Shown piece after piece: positions 1 to 14,169 of a stretch of DNA of 64,000 bases; the first letter of the stretch is position 1; every line of letters starts with the position of its first letter. The notes below the pieces were generated by a model. That model searched no databases, was not told the DNA's origin, and saw only the letters and a program-made list of their open reading frames with translations. The translations under genes and the position numbers were made by a program. This stretch comes from Octopus vulgaris (Eukaryota), in the NCBI GenBank assembly GCA_951406725.2, contig OX597815.1, forward strand, positions 159,030,001 through 159,094,000. The letters are read 5' to 3'.

Positions 1-217
1 TTTTGGAAAAATTAAAAGTAAAGTTTTTTTAAAAGAATATTTGCATAGTGTTCAAATACAAGTGGCATTTTCCTTGTTTCTGCCTGTTTTGTGTTTCTCT
101 TATTTACTCTTGTGGGTTCGAGGTCGATGACTGAAACAGGTACTGAAATGTTTTTTATAAAATTATTTTAGCTTTTTCTATCTTGACTTTTTTTTCGTGT
201 GTTTCTTTTCAACCTTC

Positions 218-328
<111 letters not shown>

Positions 329-635
329 TTAAGTTAGACATGGCCTGGGCCTATACTGGCCGAAACCTATCAAAGTTATCAAAGTTATATATATGTATAT
401 ATGTATGTGTATAAGCATATATATATGACCGTTATTAAGACAAACAAAAGAGCTATTGGAATGACCGTTAAATAAAGGAAAAAAAAACCAAAGGGGAAAA
501 AGTTAAAAAGTAAAAACGCTCATAAAATTCGCGTATGCGCGCATGTACATTCATACACATGCGCGAACGCACACCCATTTACATAGTAATTTCCCTTTGT
601 TTATCGGTCATTTTCACAGCATTCTTTGATTGTCT

Positions 636-698
636 TAATAACTGATGAGATGCCGAAGCAGATTTGCGCTCCGACATCCGAAACTCGGAGTTTTATTA
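636..698 (+). ncRNA. Type I hammerhead ribozyme motif (Penelope-type)
   Basis: taataa-CTGATGA-[helix II gatgccgaagc...gctccgacatc]c-GAAA-ctc-g-gag-TT-ttatta; helices I, II and III pair by eye, with 2 mismatches and a bulge in helix II. Confidence 0.7.
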
Positions 699-727
699 TG
701 GCAACCGAATAATTGTCGCATATTATA

Positions 728-1113
728 TCTTTATAAATCTCCTACGATTTAGATTCCTAACTACTCCCACATTTTGCGGTGCAGTTTAACCAAAACCGGG
801 TATCATATAGTCGTGATTCATATCGAGCCCTTCTGGGTATTAGCGCGCGTCTACGATGAGTCTACGATTTAAAAAATAATTTACCATCATTTTTTTCCAT
901 TTTAATGCATTTTTTCGCTATTATTTAAGGGAAGTAACTCTCTAAAAATGTCTACGATGAGTCAACGATTAAAAAAAAATTTACCATCATTTTTTTTCCA
1001 TTTTTAGTGCATTTTTTTGCTATTTTTTTGCTATTTTATAAATATAAATCTCTAAAAATGCTTATATAGTTATTTCCCTTACAAACCCGAGCAACACCGG
1101 GCAATACTGCTAG
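728..1113 (+). mobile_element. Non-autonomous Helitron
   Basis: 5' A|TC start, 3' hairpin cccgagcaacaccggg (1086-1101) followed by CTAG|T (1110-1113), internal ~100-bp tandem duplication (~849-948 / 949-1060); the 5' boundary is the less certain one. Confidence 0.7.
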
Positions 1114-1335
1114 TTACATATAAATTCTCCTATTTACATAATATCGATGTCTCACTCATTCTTTTGTTGTCATACCACTACTATTAACATATATATATTT
1201 ATGTATATATATATCAACGAACGTTGTAATGTATCGTTATCTTTCTAAGGGTGTTTTGTATCTTGTAGCCTCGCTTATTATTCTCCTCCTCCTCCTGCTT
1301 GAATGTTGTTGATTTTTTTCCAGAATTGTCGTAGT

Positions 1336-1368
1336 GTACTACTGCTACTGCTACTACTACTACTACCA

Positions 1369-1417
<49 letters not shown>

Positions 1418-1509
1418 CACTACTACTACTACTGCTACTGCTGCTGCTGCTGCTGCTGGTGCTGCTACTACTACTGCTACTGCTGCTGCTACTACTACTG
1501 CTACTGCTT

Positions 1510-1565
<56 letters not shown>

Positions 1566-1602
1566 GCTACTGCTACTACTACTACTACTACTACTACTAC
1601 CA
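1336..1602. repeat. (CTA/CTG)n compound trinucleotide microsatellite
   Basis: Direct inspection; explains the poly-V/L/Y ORFs. Confidence 0.97.
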
Positions 1603-1617
1603 TGTCTACGATGCTAA

Positions 1618-2455
1618 ATGGCAGAATCCTTACGGTGTCGGACAAAATGCCTTGCAGCATTCTGTTACTGTCCTTTGCACTCTGAGTTCATATCATGTCG
1701 AGGTTGAATTTGCCTTTCGTCTCTCTAAAGGTCAATAAAAGACAGCATCAGGGATGGATTTCATTGGATTTCCTTCTTTAAAACTGCTAGATCTACGCCT
1801 AAATTGATAAATTTGCATTAAAAAGTAATTAAATTAAAAAACAATTAAAGACTGCGTTGAGTCAGAATCGTTACTACACCGGACAATATGTGTAGCGACA
1901 TTTCTTCCAGTTTTACGTCCTTAGCTGAAATATCGCCGAATTCGACTTGGCCTTACATCTTTTCGGCCTCGGTAAAATAGGAACTAATTAAGCACTGGAG
2001 TCGATGTAATTTCCCCAAATTGTAGACTTTGTGCCTATAATAAAGAGAATATTCAGACAGCGAGGTGACAGAATCGTGAGAGCTTCAGAAAAATACTTTG
2101 CAGTATTACTTCTGGTTCTTTACGTTCGGAGTTCAACATTGCCTTTCTTCCAAGATCGATAAAAATAAAGTAGCGGTCATTGCCTGTAGTCTATGGTATC
2201 GGCTTAATTCACCTTTCTCCCCAAATTTTCTCGCCTTGTGCCTAAAAGAGAAACCATTATTAAAGACAGAAGATTGGCAGAATCGTTAGAACGTCAAAAA
2301 AATATGTCTTGCGATATTTGTTCTGGTTCTTTAATTTTGAGTTCAAATCTGGAATTATTAAAATAAAGTACAAGTCAAGAACTAGGGTGAATAGTGTCGA
2401 CTAACCCCTCCCCGCAAAACTAAAGACTTCTGGCTTTGTGGCAAAATTTGAAACT
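1618..2455 (+). mobile_element. Four decayed tandem copies of tRNA-derived SINE family A (Meta/Sauria-like core)
   Basis: Repeated ggcagaatcgtt...gagttcaaat...gcctttc...gataaaataagtac motifs at ~1618, 1860, 2060 and 2270. Confidence 0.75.
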
Positions 2456-2469
2456 ATTGTTATTATTAT

Positions 2470-3910
2470 TCACATTGCAAACAATTCTGCGTAAGTTTTA
2501 CAACATAAAGAGTGAGTCATAATCATTAAGGTTACTTATGGATTCCTTCGTTTGCTCAATTTTGAGCACCTTACTTGGTATCCTTTCAGTTGCTAGCGAT
2601 GTGGTTTTTCTATAATAGTTCTCATCGAATCTATGGTCTTCGGACTGATTCAAGTGTTTATTACTATCGGTATGGTTTCCACTTTTTTCATGCCTCTCGC
2701 TCGTGCAAGTTTCATTTTCTGATCTTAATATAATTTTTTTATTGTTCTTTCTCATCCAATTTACTGTTATCCGGATAAACTACATCAATTATCGTGCGTT
2801 GTCATCTTGAAGATAACAATGTCTGGTCTCCTTGCTTCAGTCACTTGATTACATTATAGTTTTTAGATGTTAAAATTTCACAAACCTCACAATTTAACCT
2901 CTTCATTTCTTATTCTCATTGTGCAACATTATGCAGATAATGCTTTTACATTTGTCCTCACAAAGTCTATATCAGTGTAATTCAAAATTCTTATATGTGT
3001 GACATTTCACATAGTTTGTCCTTAGAGCTGGTTCTAATGCCCCACAAATTAATGCTTCAGTTCCAACACCTAGATCTGATTTTCTCATTCACTCCCTTTT
3101 CCCTTGCTTACCCACGCGTTTGCTCATATCTCGGACAATCTGTCCAAACATTACTTTTCTATTCCAGCACGTCTCTTTTCCCCTATTCTAATTCTCTTAT
3201 ACTCACCCTTTACGGTGTCGTCTGCAATCAGAAAGTTTTACGTCAACTATCAACTTACAACCTAAATTGTTTTCTTCATTTCTTAGAACATCCCTCGCAA
3301 CTGATCAAACTTTTCTTCCATTTTTCCCGAGAAGATAAAACCTATGAATATCACTTTTCCTGTGAAATTCATCATCTCTTGTCATCAATTTTCGCATCTT
3401 TTTATCTAACTTCCGAATTTTTTCTTTACTCCATTTGAGTATCCGTTCCATACCTTATGCTTCATATCGCACATGTGTTTATTTCTAATATCATGTTTCT
3501 TCGATTTAATTTTGACTATAACGCCAATTTCAATCTTTTCTGATATTCTTTTCCAAATAGGACCCTCATTTCAATCTTCTTGATCTTGCCGGCTTCTTGT
3601 ATTTCAAAGATTTAAATCCATTCTTCTTAAGAATGTCTTTCATTACTTTAACACCGGGTAACACTATCCCTTGTGCTGACAAGGTCTTCCCTCTCTTCTT
3701 TACATATGTTCCTCACTTCTTTATCCCAAATTCTATTCGTTTGTCTTCGCTCAATGAATAAGCAGTTTAACTAAAGAATATATCCAATTTGCAGTTTTCC
3801 AGAACAGTTTAAGTTCATCTAAGAAAAAGCGATGGTTTAATTTGAATTATGTTTTACCGTCCCCAGGCTCTTTTACAATATCAGTGCCATAGGTATCATA
3901 CGCAATACAT
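2470..3910 (-). mobile_element. Decayed RLE-type non-LTR retrotransposon (Dong/R4-like), 5'-truncated: RT C-terminal half to restriction-like endonuclease
   Basis: Minus-strand translation gives KLNHRFFLDELKLF (~INHLLFMDDLKL), SEDKRIEFGIKK, TEALICGALEPALRTNYVK and RPDIV..IIDV..P motifs, with many stops and frameshifts. Confidence 0.8.
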
Positions 3911-4170
3911 ATTTCTTTACTACCCACAAGGGGCTAAACACAGAGAGGACAAACAAGGACAGACAAACGGATTAAGTCGATTATATCGATCCCAGCGCGT
4001 GACTGGTACTTAATTTATCGACCCCGAAAGGATGAAAGACAAAGTCGACCACGGCGGAATTTGAACTCAGAATGTAACGGCAGACGAAATACTGCTAAAC
4101 ATTTTGACCGGCGTGCTAACGTTTCTGCCATCTCGCCACCTTAACCGCTAAACATTTCGTCCGGCGTGAT
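3911..4170 (-). mobile_element. SINE family A copy
   Basis: gaccccgaaaggatgaaa...aagtcgac...ggcggaatttgaactcagaa (B box on minus strand). Confidence 0.85.
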
Positions 4171-6117
4171 AGAAACAATAAGCACGGCAAATTAACCCCT
4201 TAGAAGGATTCTTTTCTTATTTCGACTCCTCCAAGTACTTCTGACTTTGTCAATGCGCTCTTTATTCTGTGCTTACTATTTGTAACAAAAGTTCTTGTCA
4301 TTAGCAAAACCAGATAGTTTCGTGTATTTTACTCTTAAAAATAATAACATTGTAATTCTCGAATGCCATCTTTCTCTTTTCTGGATCGTTGGCCTGTGTT
4401 TAAATTAAGGTTTAATGATTTTAATCATTTGATTCTTCTTTTTCTTTTTAATGTTTTTGCTTTCTTGATTTTCATAAAGGGATTTTGTTCTTATCAATAT
4501 ATATTTCTTCTTTAGTTTTTTAATCGTTTCATCTTTACATATAATACTATTTGACAGTATAATAAATATGATTAAATTATGGTTCGTCTATTTATTTAAC
4601 TATTCTTTTTTTCTTTTACTTGCTTCAGTCATTTGACTGCAGCCATGCTGCAGCACCGCCTCTATGTTATAAAAATCTTTCTTAATGACTTTTTATGCTA
4701 ATCTTAACATTTCATTTTTAATTGATCATTTTAATTGCGATGCTCTTTAGTCACTAAAGTCGATTAATTTTCATTCCATTATCTTGATTTCAACATTTCC
4801 CATCAGACATATCGTCTGTATATGAATTTTTTGTTCATAGTTAAAACTCATTTTGGTTATAAAGAGAAAGATTTTTCACGTATATTGTGGATTTTAAAAA
4901 ATATTGATGACTGGTGTTCTTAATGTTTGGCCTATTTTCATTTATACTCCTGTCTTTGTTTAACCTCATATTAGCTCCGTTCAAAGGCGTTCCAACCGTG
5001 ACCGTCCTGTTTATTTTCACACACAATGTACCTTAGGGCTAAATTATCTACTGTGTTTTTCTTTTTGTACCTTAACACATTAAGATATAATTGAAAGGGG
5101 ATTTGATTGCAATTACTAGCTTAACCTACCGCGTCGGGATCGGACGACAAACTAGCAATTACAATCAAACCGCTGGTTCGTTTTCTTTATTTATTCAATG
5201 GTGACGTTATATTCCACTTTGTGTATTACAGAAATAGTCTAATGCCATTTTAACGTTTCCTTCACTGACATAGAACTCTGGGTTTTTTTTACGTATTTTT
5301 TTGATTAATCTATTTTATTCATTTCATTTTTTATTTTGTCTTGTTTAACGTTCCATAGAATGCCATGATTGTTATTGCTTTGCTTGCTTGCTATTAACAG
5401 TATTATCCACGCCAGCTTTCTAAAGATTCTTTATATAGGGGCGTTAAACCTAAAATTTAAGAGAAAATAAAACATTTTGTTGATTCAGTCAACCTTCTAT
5501 CACATTACCAAGCATAATTTATTAGTTTACGACCTGAATCCAGTAAAACAGTCATTTTAGTAAGCGCTGGAATAATTTTATTTCTTATTACATTTAGAAA
5601 AGCGAAGTTATTTTACGTCTTCTAGTGGTATTGTCATAGATTTTATAATTTTAAAAATTGCCCAGATCAACTATGTTCAAGCAGACATATAATCGAAGTA
5701 GTAGTCAAATTGTCTGATTCGAACAAATATATACAATAAAAGAGGGGCGGGAAAGAAGGGAAAAGGAAGGGACAATAGTTTCAAAAATGGAATAAAAATA
5801 TCAGTGAACTAAGTATTACATTCGCCAATGAATGCAAGTTGCACTAATAGAATATTCAAACGTTTTTTTTTTCACATTTCCAAAGTCCCTATTTTCTTTT
5901 TGAATTTAAAAATCGAGAGATATTTGTTTATTCAAGCAGTATTTGACATATATGGAAATTAAACCTCAGTAGAAAGAAAGATGTTTTGGAAAAATTCTCC
6001 TACGAGAGAAGTTCATTTCCAGTATTCAGCAATTCCATTGTAGAACGGTGAACACATTAGAAGTTTACAAGTCAAGATAAAAAAGAAAGGTAATATTCTT
6101 TCTTCAACAATCTATGC

Positions 6118-6447
6118 CAGTGTTTCCCAACCTATTTTCCTCTCGGCTCCATTATAGCTTTCCAGAAAAATCTATGCCCCCACCGGTGATCGACGAAGAG
6201 CTATACTCGAAACGTTAAAAACTCTCTCTTTTCACTGAGTGTCAAACTAATATAATCCATGTGCACCTCCTCTTGTTTGTTACTGTTATTTTGAATATTG
6301 TTTATTTGATCTGACTGTAGATGTAGTATGTTTGCTGTGAAAAATAGATTTTCACAATTCCATGTTCCACTAAAAAAAAAAAAATAAAATAAATTTGGAT
6401 CCCACGCCCCATCACAACTTTCCCATGCCCCACGTTGGGATTCACTG
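6118..6447. mobile_element. hAT (Charlie/MER5-like) MITE containing a small Penelope-type fragment (~6190-6310)
   Basis: TIRs cagtgtttcccaac / gttgggattcactg; 8-bp TSD atctatgc / atctacac (6 of 8 match). Confidence 0.7.
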
Positions 6448-6529
6448 ATCTACACAGTATTGTGTTCATCGCCATTCAAAACTGCAACAATGATAATCAC
6501 ATCCTATATAGAACTTGTGTAAGATTGTA

Positions 6530-7300
6530 TAATCCTAGACGAGAGTCATTTATTTTTTCAAGCTATACTGCAAATATTTGAATACTGACCCTCAACACCC
6601 TATACAGACCTGATGGAAAACTGTACAACCATAGGCGCTTGGAAATTGCCATAAAATTGAAAGAAACAAACGTGAAATATTTTCTCTTTGGTGGGGAACG
6701 TGCACTTAATGCCATCGCAGATAAGAACAGTTAGACCTACATAAACAAATTACCCGCAGTCTGCGCTAACTTCGGTCTCGTAATAAATTCCCTAAAGACT
6801 ATGATAATGTTTTAAAATATTCTCAGAAAACAATGCGAAGAACCCTGTCTTATTAAGAAAGAAGGAAGAAGAGAGCCGAAAAGTAAATATCTCAGTTGTA
6901 CTTAGCTGAGAAAGGTAAATAACGATGTCGAAGTCAATAATGAAAACGTCTTCACCTTACTGTAGACAATTTAAATCAGATGAGTGAAACATATGGTTCA
7001 TATGTTGAGTGGGCGCCTGCCTGAACAACGTATTAACGGAGAGGAACTGTTTAGTTTCGGAGTATTAGACAGGCTTTAAGTGTATTCGCTAAAAGAGACC
7101 TCAAAGGTTTTGAGATTAGTAATGCATTCAAGAGACAACATGGTGAAAACTATGCTGTTAGAAAATTACTTACTGAGAATCACAGAAGGCTGAGAGCTCT
7201 ACAAAATCGAGACGTCAACAAGGGGAGATCCATCAAAATATTTTATATTCAAATGTGTTGCTTAATGTGTCTACGTGACCCGATAAATCATTTTTGTACC
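6530..7300 (+). mobile_element. Decayed RTE-clade LINE, RT region
   Basis: Translation RPDGKLYNHRRLEIAIKLKETNVKYFLFGGERALNA...CANFGLVINSLKTMIM resembles RTE RT (DGKLFNLRRL..FLFADDCAL..C.NFGL.I...KT). Confidence 0.7.
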
Positions 7301-8427
7301 CGTGATGAACAATCAGCTCAAGAGAATTTAAACCTCTAATAAGTTTACAGCTTAATTGTAATTAAAGAATTAAATTTTAATTTCATGAAAGTATTTTTTT
7401 TTTTACATTAAAAATTTTACCATTTGCTAACACAGCTTATTGTTACATATAATAGACTAAACACCATATTCACATTAAACATACATACGCACACATATAT
7501 ATAGAGAGAAATTTCAGCACATGAACGTTTCAATAGGGAAATCTCGTCAATAAATTAGAATAAAGGGAAAAAAGACAGCTGTATAGCATTTCAGACAGGA
7601 TATCATTCGAGCCATGACGATGAAAGAAATTGATTTTAATAATAATTACTGAAGGATAAAATGATAAATTAGTACGAAATACTGTTTTTCCTTCATTTCT
7701 TTCTTTCTTTCTCTCTCTCTCCTTCCCATCCTTTACTCGTTTCTCTCTCTCTCTCTCTCTCGTCCATCTTCCCTTCCCCTTCTCTTTGTTGTATTTCATT
7801 GATTTAGTCAGTATTCTTCTGTTCTCATCTTTTATCATGTTTACTGAGGATCGACCAGAAAAACTTGTAACCAATTCCAGTGGCGTCTGTCAAGATGTTT
7901 CGGATGCAACGCCTGAATTACATTATCTTTGTCTCCTCCAGCAAGAGACAACCTTACTGGAGAGAATTCCATGAATCAAATCAATGGATGGCTGAACAGA
8001 AAGATTGTTTATAAGGAAGAGAACATTACACATACTTAACGCATTCATATAAGTTTTATTTGAAAAAAGAAACATTAATTGATGAATAAACGAATAAAAG
8101 AATATAATAAACGAATAAATAAACCTACTAAACTCCAGTAGAGAAATCAATAAATAAATAAACAGCTATATCTAACAAGAAGCTTTATTTTATTTATCAC
8201 ATTCAATCTTCCTTCACGCCAAGGCGTTAATTGGACGAAAAAATAAAAACATATATAAGAACAACAAAAAAGAACATGATGAAAAGTTAATATTATTTCA
8301 TATTATATCAACAATAATTCAAAGCCATCAACCCCTTCAGCTCCTTTAAGCCTCTTCCTTTCTTCTCGATTGTTTTGCGTCTATTTACACATACTGGTTT
8401 CCATACACCCACCGCACTACACACACA

Positions 8428-8473
<46 letters not shown>

Positions 8474-8814
8474 CATACATACATATATATATATATACAC
8501 ACAAATACATGCACACGGACACATACATATACACGCAAATGTTTTTGATTGAACTTGTTATTGTGTTGATATTTTCTGTTGTACACAAATCATTACTCAG
8601 CAAAAAATGGTCACAGTCAGTAAATATGACCTTGTTGTTTCAGTGAAAAAAAAATGAAATAACGCTGTTAATAATAATAATAATAAGAAGAAGAAGAAAA
8701 TTGATAATGATGATGATGATGACGACGATGACGATGATGATGATAAAAATCCAATTCTCTTTTAGCCTACTGGAAATTATGGGGAGCTTTATCAAATAAA
8801 AAATGTCTTTGGGT

Positions 8815-9025
8815 GCTGCTGCCGTCACTGCCGCTGCTTCCACTACTACTACTACTACTACTACTGCTGCTGTTGTTACTACTAGTACGACTACTACTAA
8901 TACTACTACTGCTGCTGCTGTTACTACTACTACTACTACTACTACAACTACTATTACTGTTGTTACTACCAGTACTACTACTACAACTACTATTACTACT
9001 ACTGTTGCTGTTACTACTACTACAG

Positions 9026-9070
<45 letters not shown>

Positions 9071-9083
9071 TTGCTGCTGCAGT

Positions 9084-9119
<36 letters not shown>

Positions 9120-9120
9120 C
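8815..9120. repeat. (ACT/GCT)n compound microsatellite
   Basis: Direct inspection; source of the poly-T/V/L ORFs. Confidence 0.95.
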
Positions 9121-9738
9121 ATTTCAGTTGTCTTGTTTTTCATTGCGCAGCTTCTTGTACGTTGAAGTGAAGATGATTATAATAAGCTAAGAATTTCTGA
9201 TGAACCAACAGTCATCCCAAGCAAACTTTTTCTGTATAATATTTAGTATACCATTCTTCATCTTTGCTATCCACGTTCATACTATTGGCTACTCACATAC
9301 ATACATACATACATACATACATACATACATACATACATACATACATACATACATACATACATACTCAGTTTGTTTCCTAATCACATGGTTCCCGGTTCTG
9401 TTCCACAGCGCGGCACCTTGATTATGTGTTTTCCACTATAGTTCCAAATTCATCAATGCCTTGTGAGTAAAAATATGCAAGACTTTTCACAAGTTCCAAA
9501 TGTGAATTTGTCTGTGTTAACTACATTCCAAAGATTTAGCCCTGTATCTTTGTTGGAAACCGGCCCCCTCCTCAGTGGAAGATTTAAGATAAAAGAGAGC
9601 AATAGAATAAGTACTAAGCTTACAAAGAATAAGTCCTGGGGTCGATATGCTCGACTAAAGGCGGTGCTCCAGCATGGCCGCAGTCAAATGACTGAAACAA
9701 GTAAAAGAGTAAAGAGTAAAGAGAACACACACACACAC

Positions 9739-9782
<44 letters not shown>

Positions 9783-9871
9783 ACTTATACATACACATAC
9801 AAACATACACACACACATATACAAACATACATACGTACATAAATACATACATACATACATACATACATACA

Positions 9872-9903
<32 letters not shown>

Positions 9904-10220
9904 ATTAATATAAATAGCAGTTTGTAATAATTCCACGAAGAAGGAGAATTATAAATGTCACTAAATGCAACTAGGATGTTAGGAAACACCTACATTGCTA
10001 GAAATAAGAGCTAAACCACTCTAATGCTGTAGTTAATGCACATGAATGAAAAGATATACACTAACAGTGATGCAACAACTCGTTTCTACAGTTGAGTGAA
10101 CTGGGTCGACGTGAAATAAAGTTCCTTGCTCAAGAACACAACACACAGCCTGGTCAGGGGATCGAACTAAAATACGTCGCTGGTGCCAAGCTGGATCGGC
10201 ACCAGTTTGAGAGTGAATTC

Positions 10221-10258
<38 letters not shown>

Positions 10259-10968
10259 TGACAGAGACAGATAGAGAGAGACAGACAGGCAGGCAGACAT
10301 ATATAAAAAAAATTAGAGTTAAAAACGTGAAGTTAACAAAAAGGTTGAAAGAATTATAAGGGACAGAAGAAAAGGAAGGTTGGTAAAGAAAAAATAACAT
10401 TGAAAAATGAGACCTGAAATGGTAGACAGCAACAAGTGATGGTTGAATGATATAAAGCGGAACAAGGAAGGTATTGCTATGAAATATAAGTGAATGTAGG
10501 CGTTTCTGTGTCTTCCTCTCTCTATTCTACCCATCTTCTTTATGCTCGCTCACTGCTATACGTGAGAGAGAAACAGGTTTCGTGGGCGAGAAATAGGGGA
10601 AGTGGATAGGAAATAAGGAGAAGCGGTTGAAGAAAGGAAACAGGAAGAGTACCAAAGCTAGCCTGTACAAAATGGAAACCCGATAGAATTGAAGAAAACT
10701 GACATGTGAAAGAAGACGGGATAAACACTAAGCGTGAAAACAAATAAACAAACAAATTAAAAAAAACAAAAACAAGTAAAAGCAAAAATCCCCAAAACAA
10801 ATTGGCGTGCTGTGTGTTCTGAAGATTGCTTCCTAACCACATAGTGCCTGGCTCTGTTCCGCAACGCGGTACCTTGAGCAAGTGTCTTCCACTATAGTCC
10901 AGGGTCCATGAATGCCTTGTGAGTGGATCTGGTTCACTGTGTGCAAGTCCGTAGCATACATATGTATA

Positions 10969-11382
10969 GGCGTAGGAGTGGCTGTGTGGTAAGTAGCTTG
11001 CTTACCAACCACATGGTTCCAGGTTCAGTCCCACTGCGTGGCACCTTGGGCAAATGTCTTCTACTATAGCCTCAGGCCGACCAAAGCCATGTGAGTGGAT
11101 TTGGTAGACGGAAGCTGAAAGAAGCCCGTCGTATATATGTATATTTATATATGTATGTATGTGTATGTGTATATGTTTCTGTGTCTGTGTTTGTCCCCCC
11201 TCCAACATTACTTGACAACTGATGCTGGTGTGTTTAAGTCCCCGTAACTTAGCGGTTCGGCAAAAGAGACCGATAGAATAAGTGCTAGGCTTACAAAGAA
11301 TAAGTCCTGGGGTCGATTTGCTCGACTAAAGGCGGTGCTCCAGCATGGCCACAGTCAAATGACTGAAACAAGTAAAAGAGTA
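10969..11382 (+). mobile_element. Full-length tRNA-derived SINE family B (CORE-like ccttgggcaa.t block, internal microsatellite, gagtaaaa-type tail); more than 20 partial or full copies in the window
   Basis: A-box-like tggctgtgtgg, B-box-like ggttcagtccc; near-identical copies at 18108-18528(-), 20948-21355, 36260-36718, 55739-56060, 62355-62832(-). Confidence 0.9.
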
Positions 11383-12497
11383 AATATGTGTATGTGTTTG
11401 TCCTCCACCACTGCTCGACAATTGGTTTCTTCGAGACTGTGGTAGAACTCACTTGCTTCAAGTGCTGCGCAGTGGGATTGAACCAGGAGCCAGATGGGTG
11501 GTTGCAAAGCAGGCTTCTTAACAGTACACCCAAGACTACGCATATATGCATAACGTACGTAGTAAACATATACATAATACGTATGAACTTATTAATGTTT
11601 GTCTGTGTGCCGTGATGCGATGCGTACGCGTATGTATATATTTCTTTATTGCCCACAAGGGGCTAAACACAGAGGGGACAAACAAGGACAGACAAACGGA
11701 TTAAGTCGATTACATCGACCCCAGTGCAAAACTGGTACTTTATTAATCGACCCCGAAAGGATGAAAGGCAAAGTCGACCTCGGTGGAATTTGAACTCGCG
11801 TATGTATATATGTGTATATGTGTGCAAATGTGTGCACGCGCGCGCGTGCATGTGTGTGTATGTCTGCGTGCGTGCGTACGTGTAAAGCTCAACAATGGTA
11901 ATAATGAAGGAATATCGATGCCTCAGAAGGAAACGCCTCAATATTGAAAAGTTTATTGAAAACGTAGCGCACAAAATTAACGATGGTGGGTTTTAAGAGA
12001 AAACTAAAAACAGTTTAGAGCAGGTCTCTACGCGGTTTGAAGCCAGGCTGATTAGTTTGGATATGGCTGACCTATCCGTTAAAATTTCTTAAGACAAAAA
12101 ATGACATTAATAATTCGTATGCACCTAACTAGTCGTTTGAAAAAGGTGATTTATCTGTTCCTATACAGCACATACATACAGACATACCTACATGCATATA
12201 TGCATACATACATACATACAGACAGACATACAGACAGACAGACAGACAGACAGACACGATCGTTCCCTGTGTGTGTGTGTGTGTGTGTGTGTTTGTCCCC
12301 CCACCATTGCTTGGCAACCGATGTTGGTGTGTTTACGTCCCTGTAACTTAGAGGTTCGGCAAAAGAAACCGATACAATGAGTACTAGGCTTACAAAGAAT
12401 AAGTCCTTGGGTCGATTTGTTCGACTAAAGGCGGTGCTCCAGTATGACCACAGTCAAATGACTGAAACAAGTAAAGAGTATATACACACACACACAC

Positions 12498-12545
<48 letters not shown>

Positions 12546-12879
12546 CGAGAAACTTTATGAAAATAAACAAAAGACGAAGGCAGGTGGAATACAAACAAAC
12601 AATTGTATTAGTATAGCGCTCAGGAATATAAATAAAACAAGTATTTTACGTTTCGAGCCTACGCTCTTCAACAGAAAGATACACAGAAAAGAAACACAAA
12701 TTCATGGTTGAATATAATTAATTAAAGTAATTAGTCTTTGGTCGGCCTGTGGCTATAGTAGAAGACGTTTGGCCGAGGTGTTGCGCAGTGAGACTGAACT
12801 CGGAACTATGAGGTTGTGAAGGAAGCTTCATACTACATAGCCACGCCTGCACCTAAATATTCAAATCTATTTGATATCA

Positions 12880-13490
12880 TCATTCGTCTTTCGGACAGAC
12901 TAGGGAGATGCGCCCGCAATGCCGGTTGAATACTGTCAAGGAAGTCTGGTTTGCATTCAGACAAAATGTCGCCTAGGAATGGCCAATTGGCGTCTTTGAA
13001 CGGCTACATTCAGGAACATTGCAAATGTCTGCAAGGCAACATATGTGCATTGAGACACAGACTTCGAGGAAACTAATGAAGATCTGCCTCAGAAAATCTC
13101 ACTTAGTCGACTTCCCAAATTTAGATACGTTTGTATGCCGTGGGGAAACAATAATCCTATATTCTCATTGCTCAGAACATCAGATTACTTTTCACCCCAA
13201 AGCGTAAGATCTTCAACAATGACAGGCTAGACTGCGACAGTTCAAATGCATTCAAGATGTTCTATGAAGTATGAGAGGATGAAACATCCGCACAAAAGTG
13301 GTAGTTTCTTTCTGTCGCAGAAGTTTTGGATATTTGAAAGGAATAAATTTGCCATTAGCTATCACTAATAACAATTATCTAATTCAGCATTGTCTAGAAG
13401 TCCCTAACTTTTCTCGATCTACTTTCCCATTGGAATTGGACGATGGTTCTCATTATGGGTTACGTCACCTCAAGAATTCACAGAACCCGA
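12880..13490 (+). mobile_element. Very old RTE-like LINE remnant (EN-RT linker region)
   Basis: Weak motifs only: FKMFYEV and LELDD...LRHLKNSQNP. Confidence 0.35.
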
Positions 13491-13558
13491 TGTGTATATT
13501 ATGTATGTATGTATGTATGTATGTATGTATGTATGTATGTATGTATGCATGCATGCAC

Positions 13559-13634
<76 letters not shown>

Positions 13635-13768
13635 ATCGGTTCCGGGTTCTGTGCCAGTGCGTGGTACCTTGAGCAAGTGTCTTCCACACGATAACCTCGG
13701 GTCAACGAAAGCCTTGTGAGTCGATTTGGTAGACAGAAGCTAAAAGCTCATCGTGTATGTATGTGTGT

Positions 13769-13816
<48 letters not shown>

Positions 13817-14169
13817 TATGTGTGTGCATATGTGCATAAGTGTTTGCGTATCCTAACACCATTTAGTGTGTTTACGTCCCCATAACATTGTGGTTCGGCA
13901 AAAGAAATCGATTGACTAAGTACCAAGCTTAAAAAGAAAACTGTACCGTGGTCGATACATTTGACCAGAATTCTTTTAAAGTGGTCCCCAACCGTGACCG
14001 CAGTTTAATGAATGAAAGAAGTAAAAATAAAAAAAGATTATATATATGTATACATATATATATATAGTGAATCCCCAAAAAAGAAGAACAAACACAAAAA
14101 AAACACAACAACGCGAGGACGTGGTACATGTAAAATATTAGCAGACGCTCAGGGAAGGAAAGAAAGATG

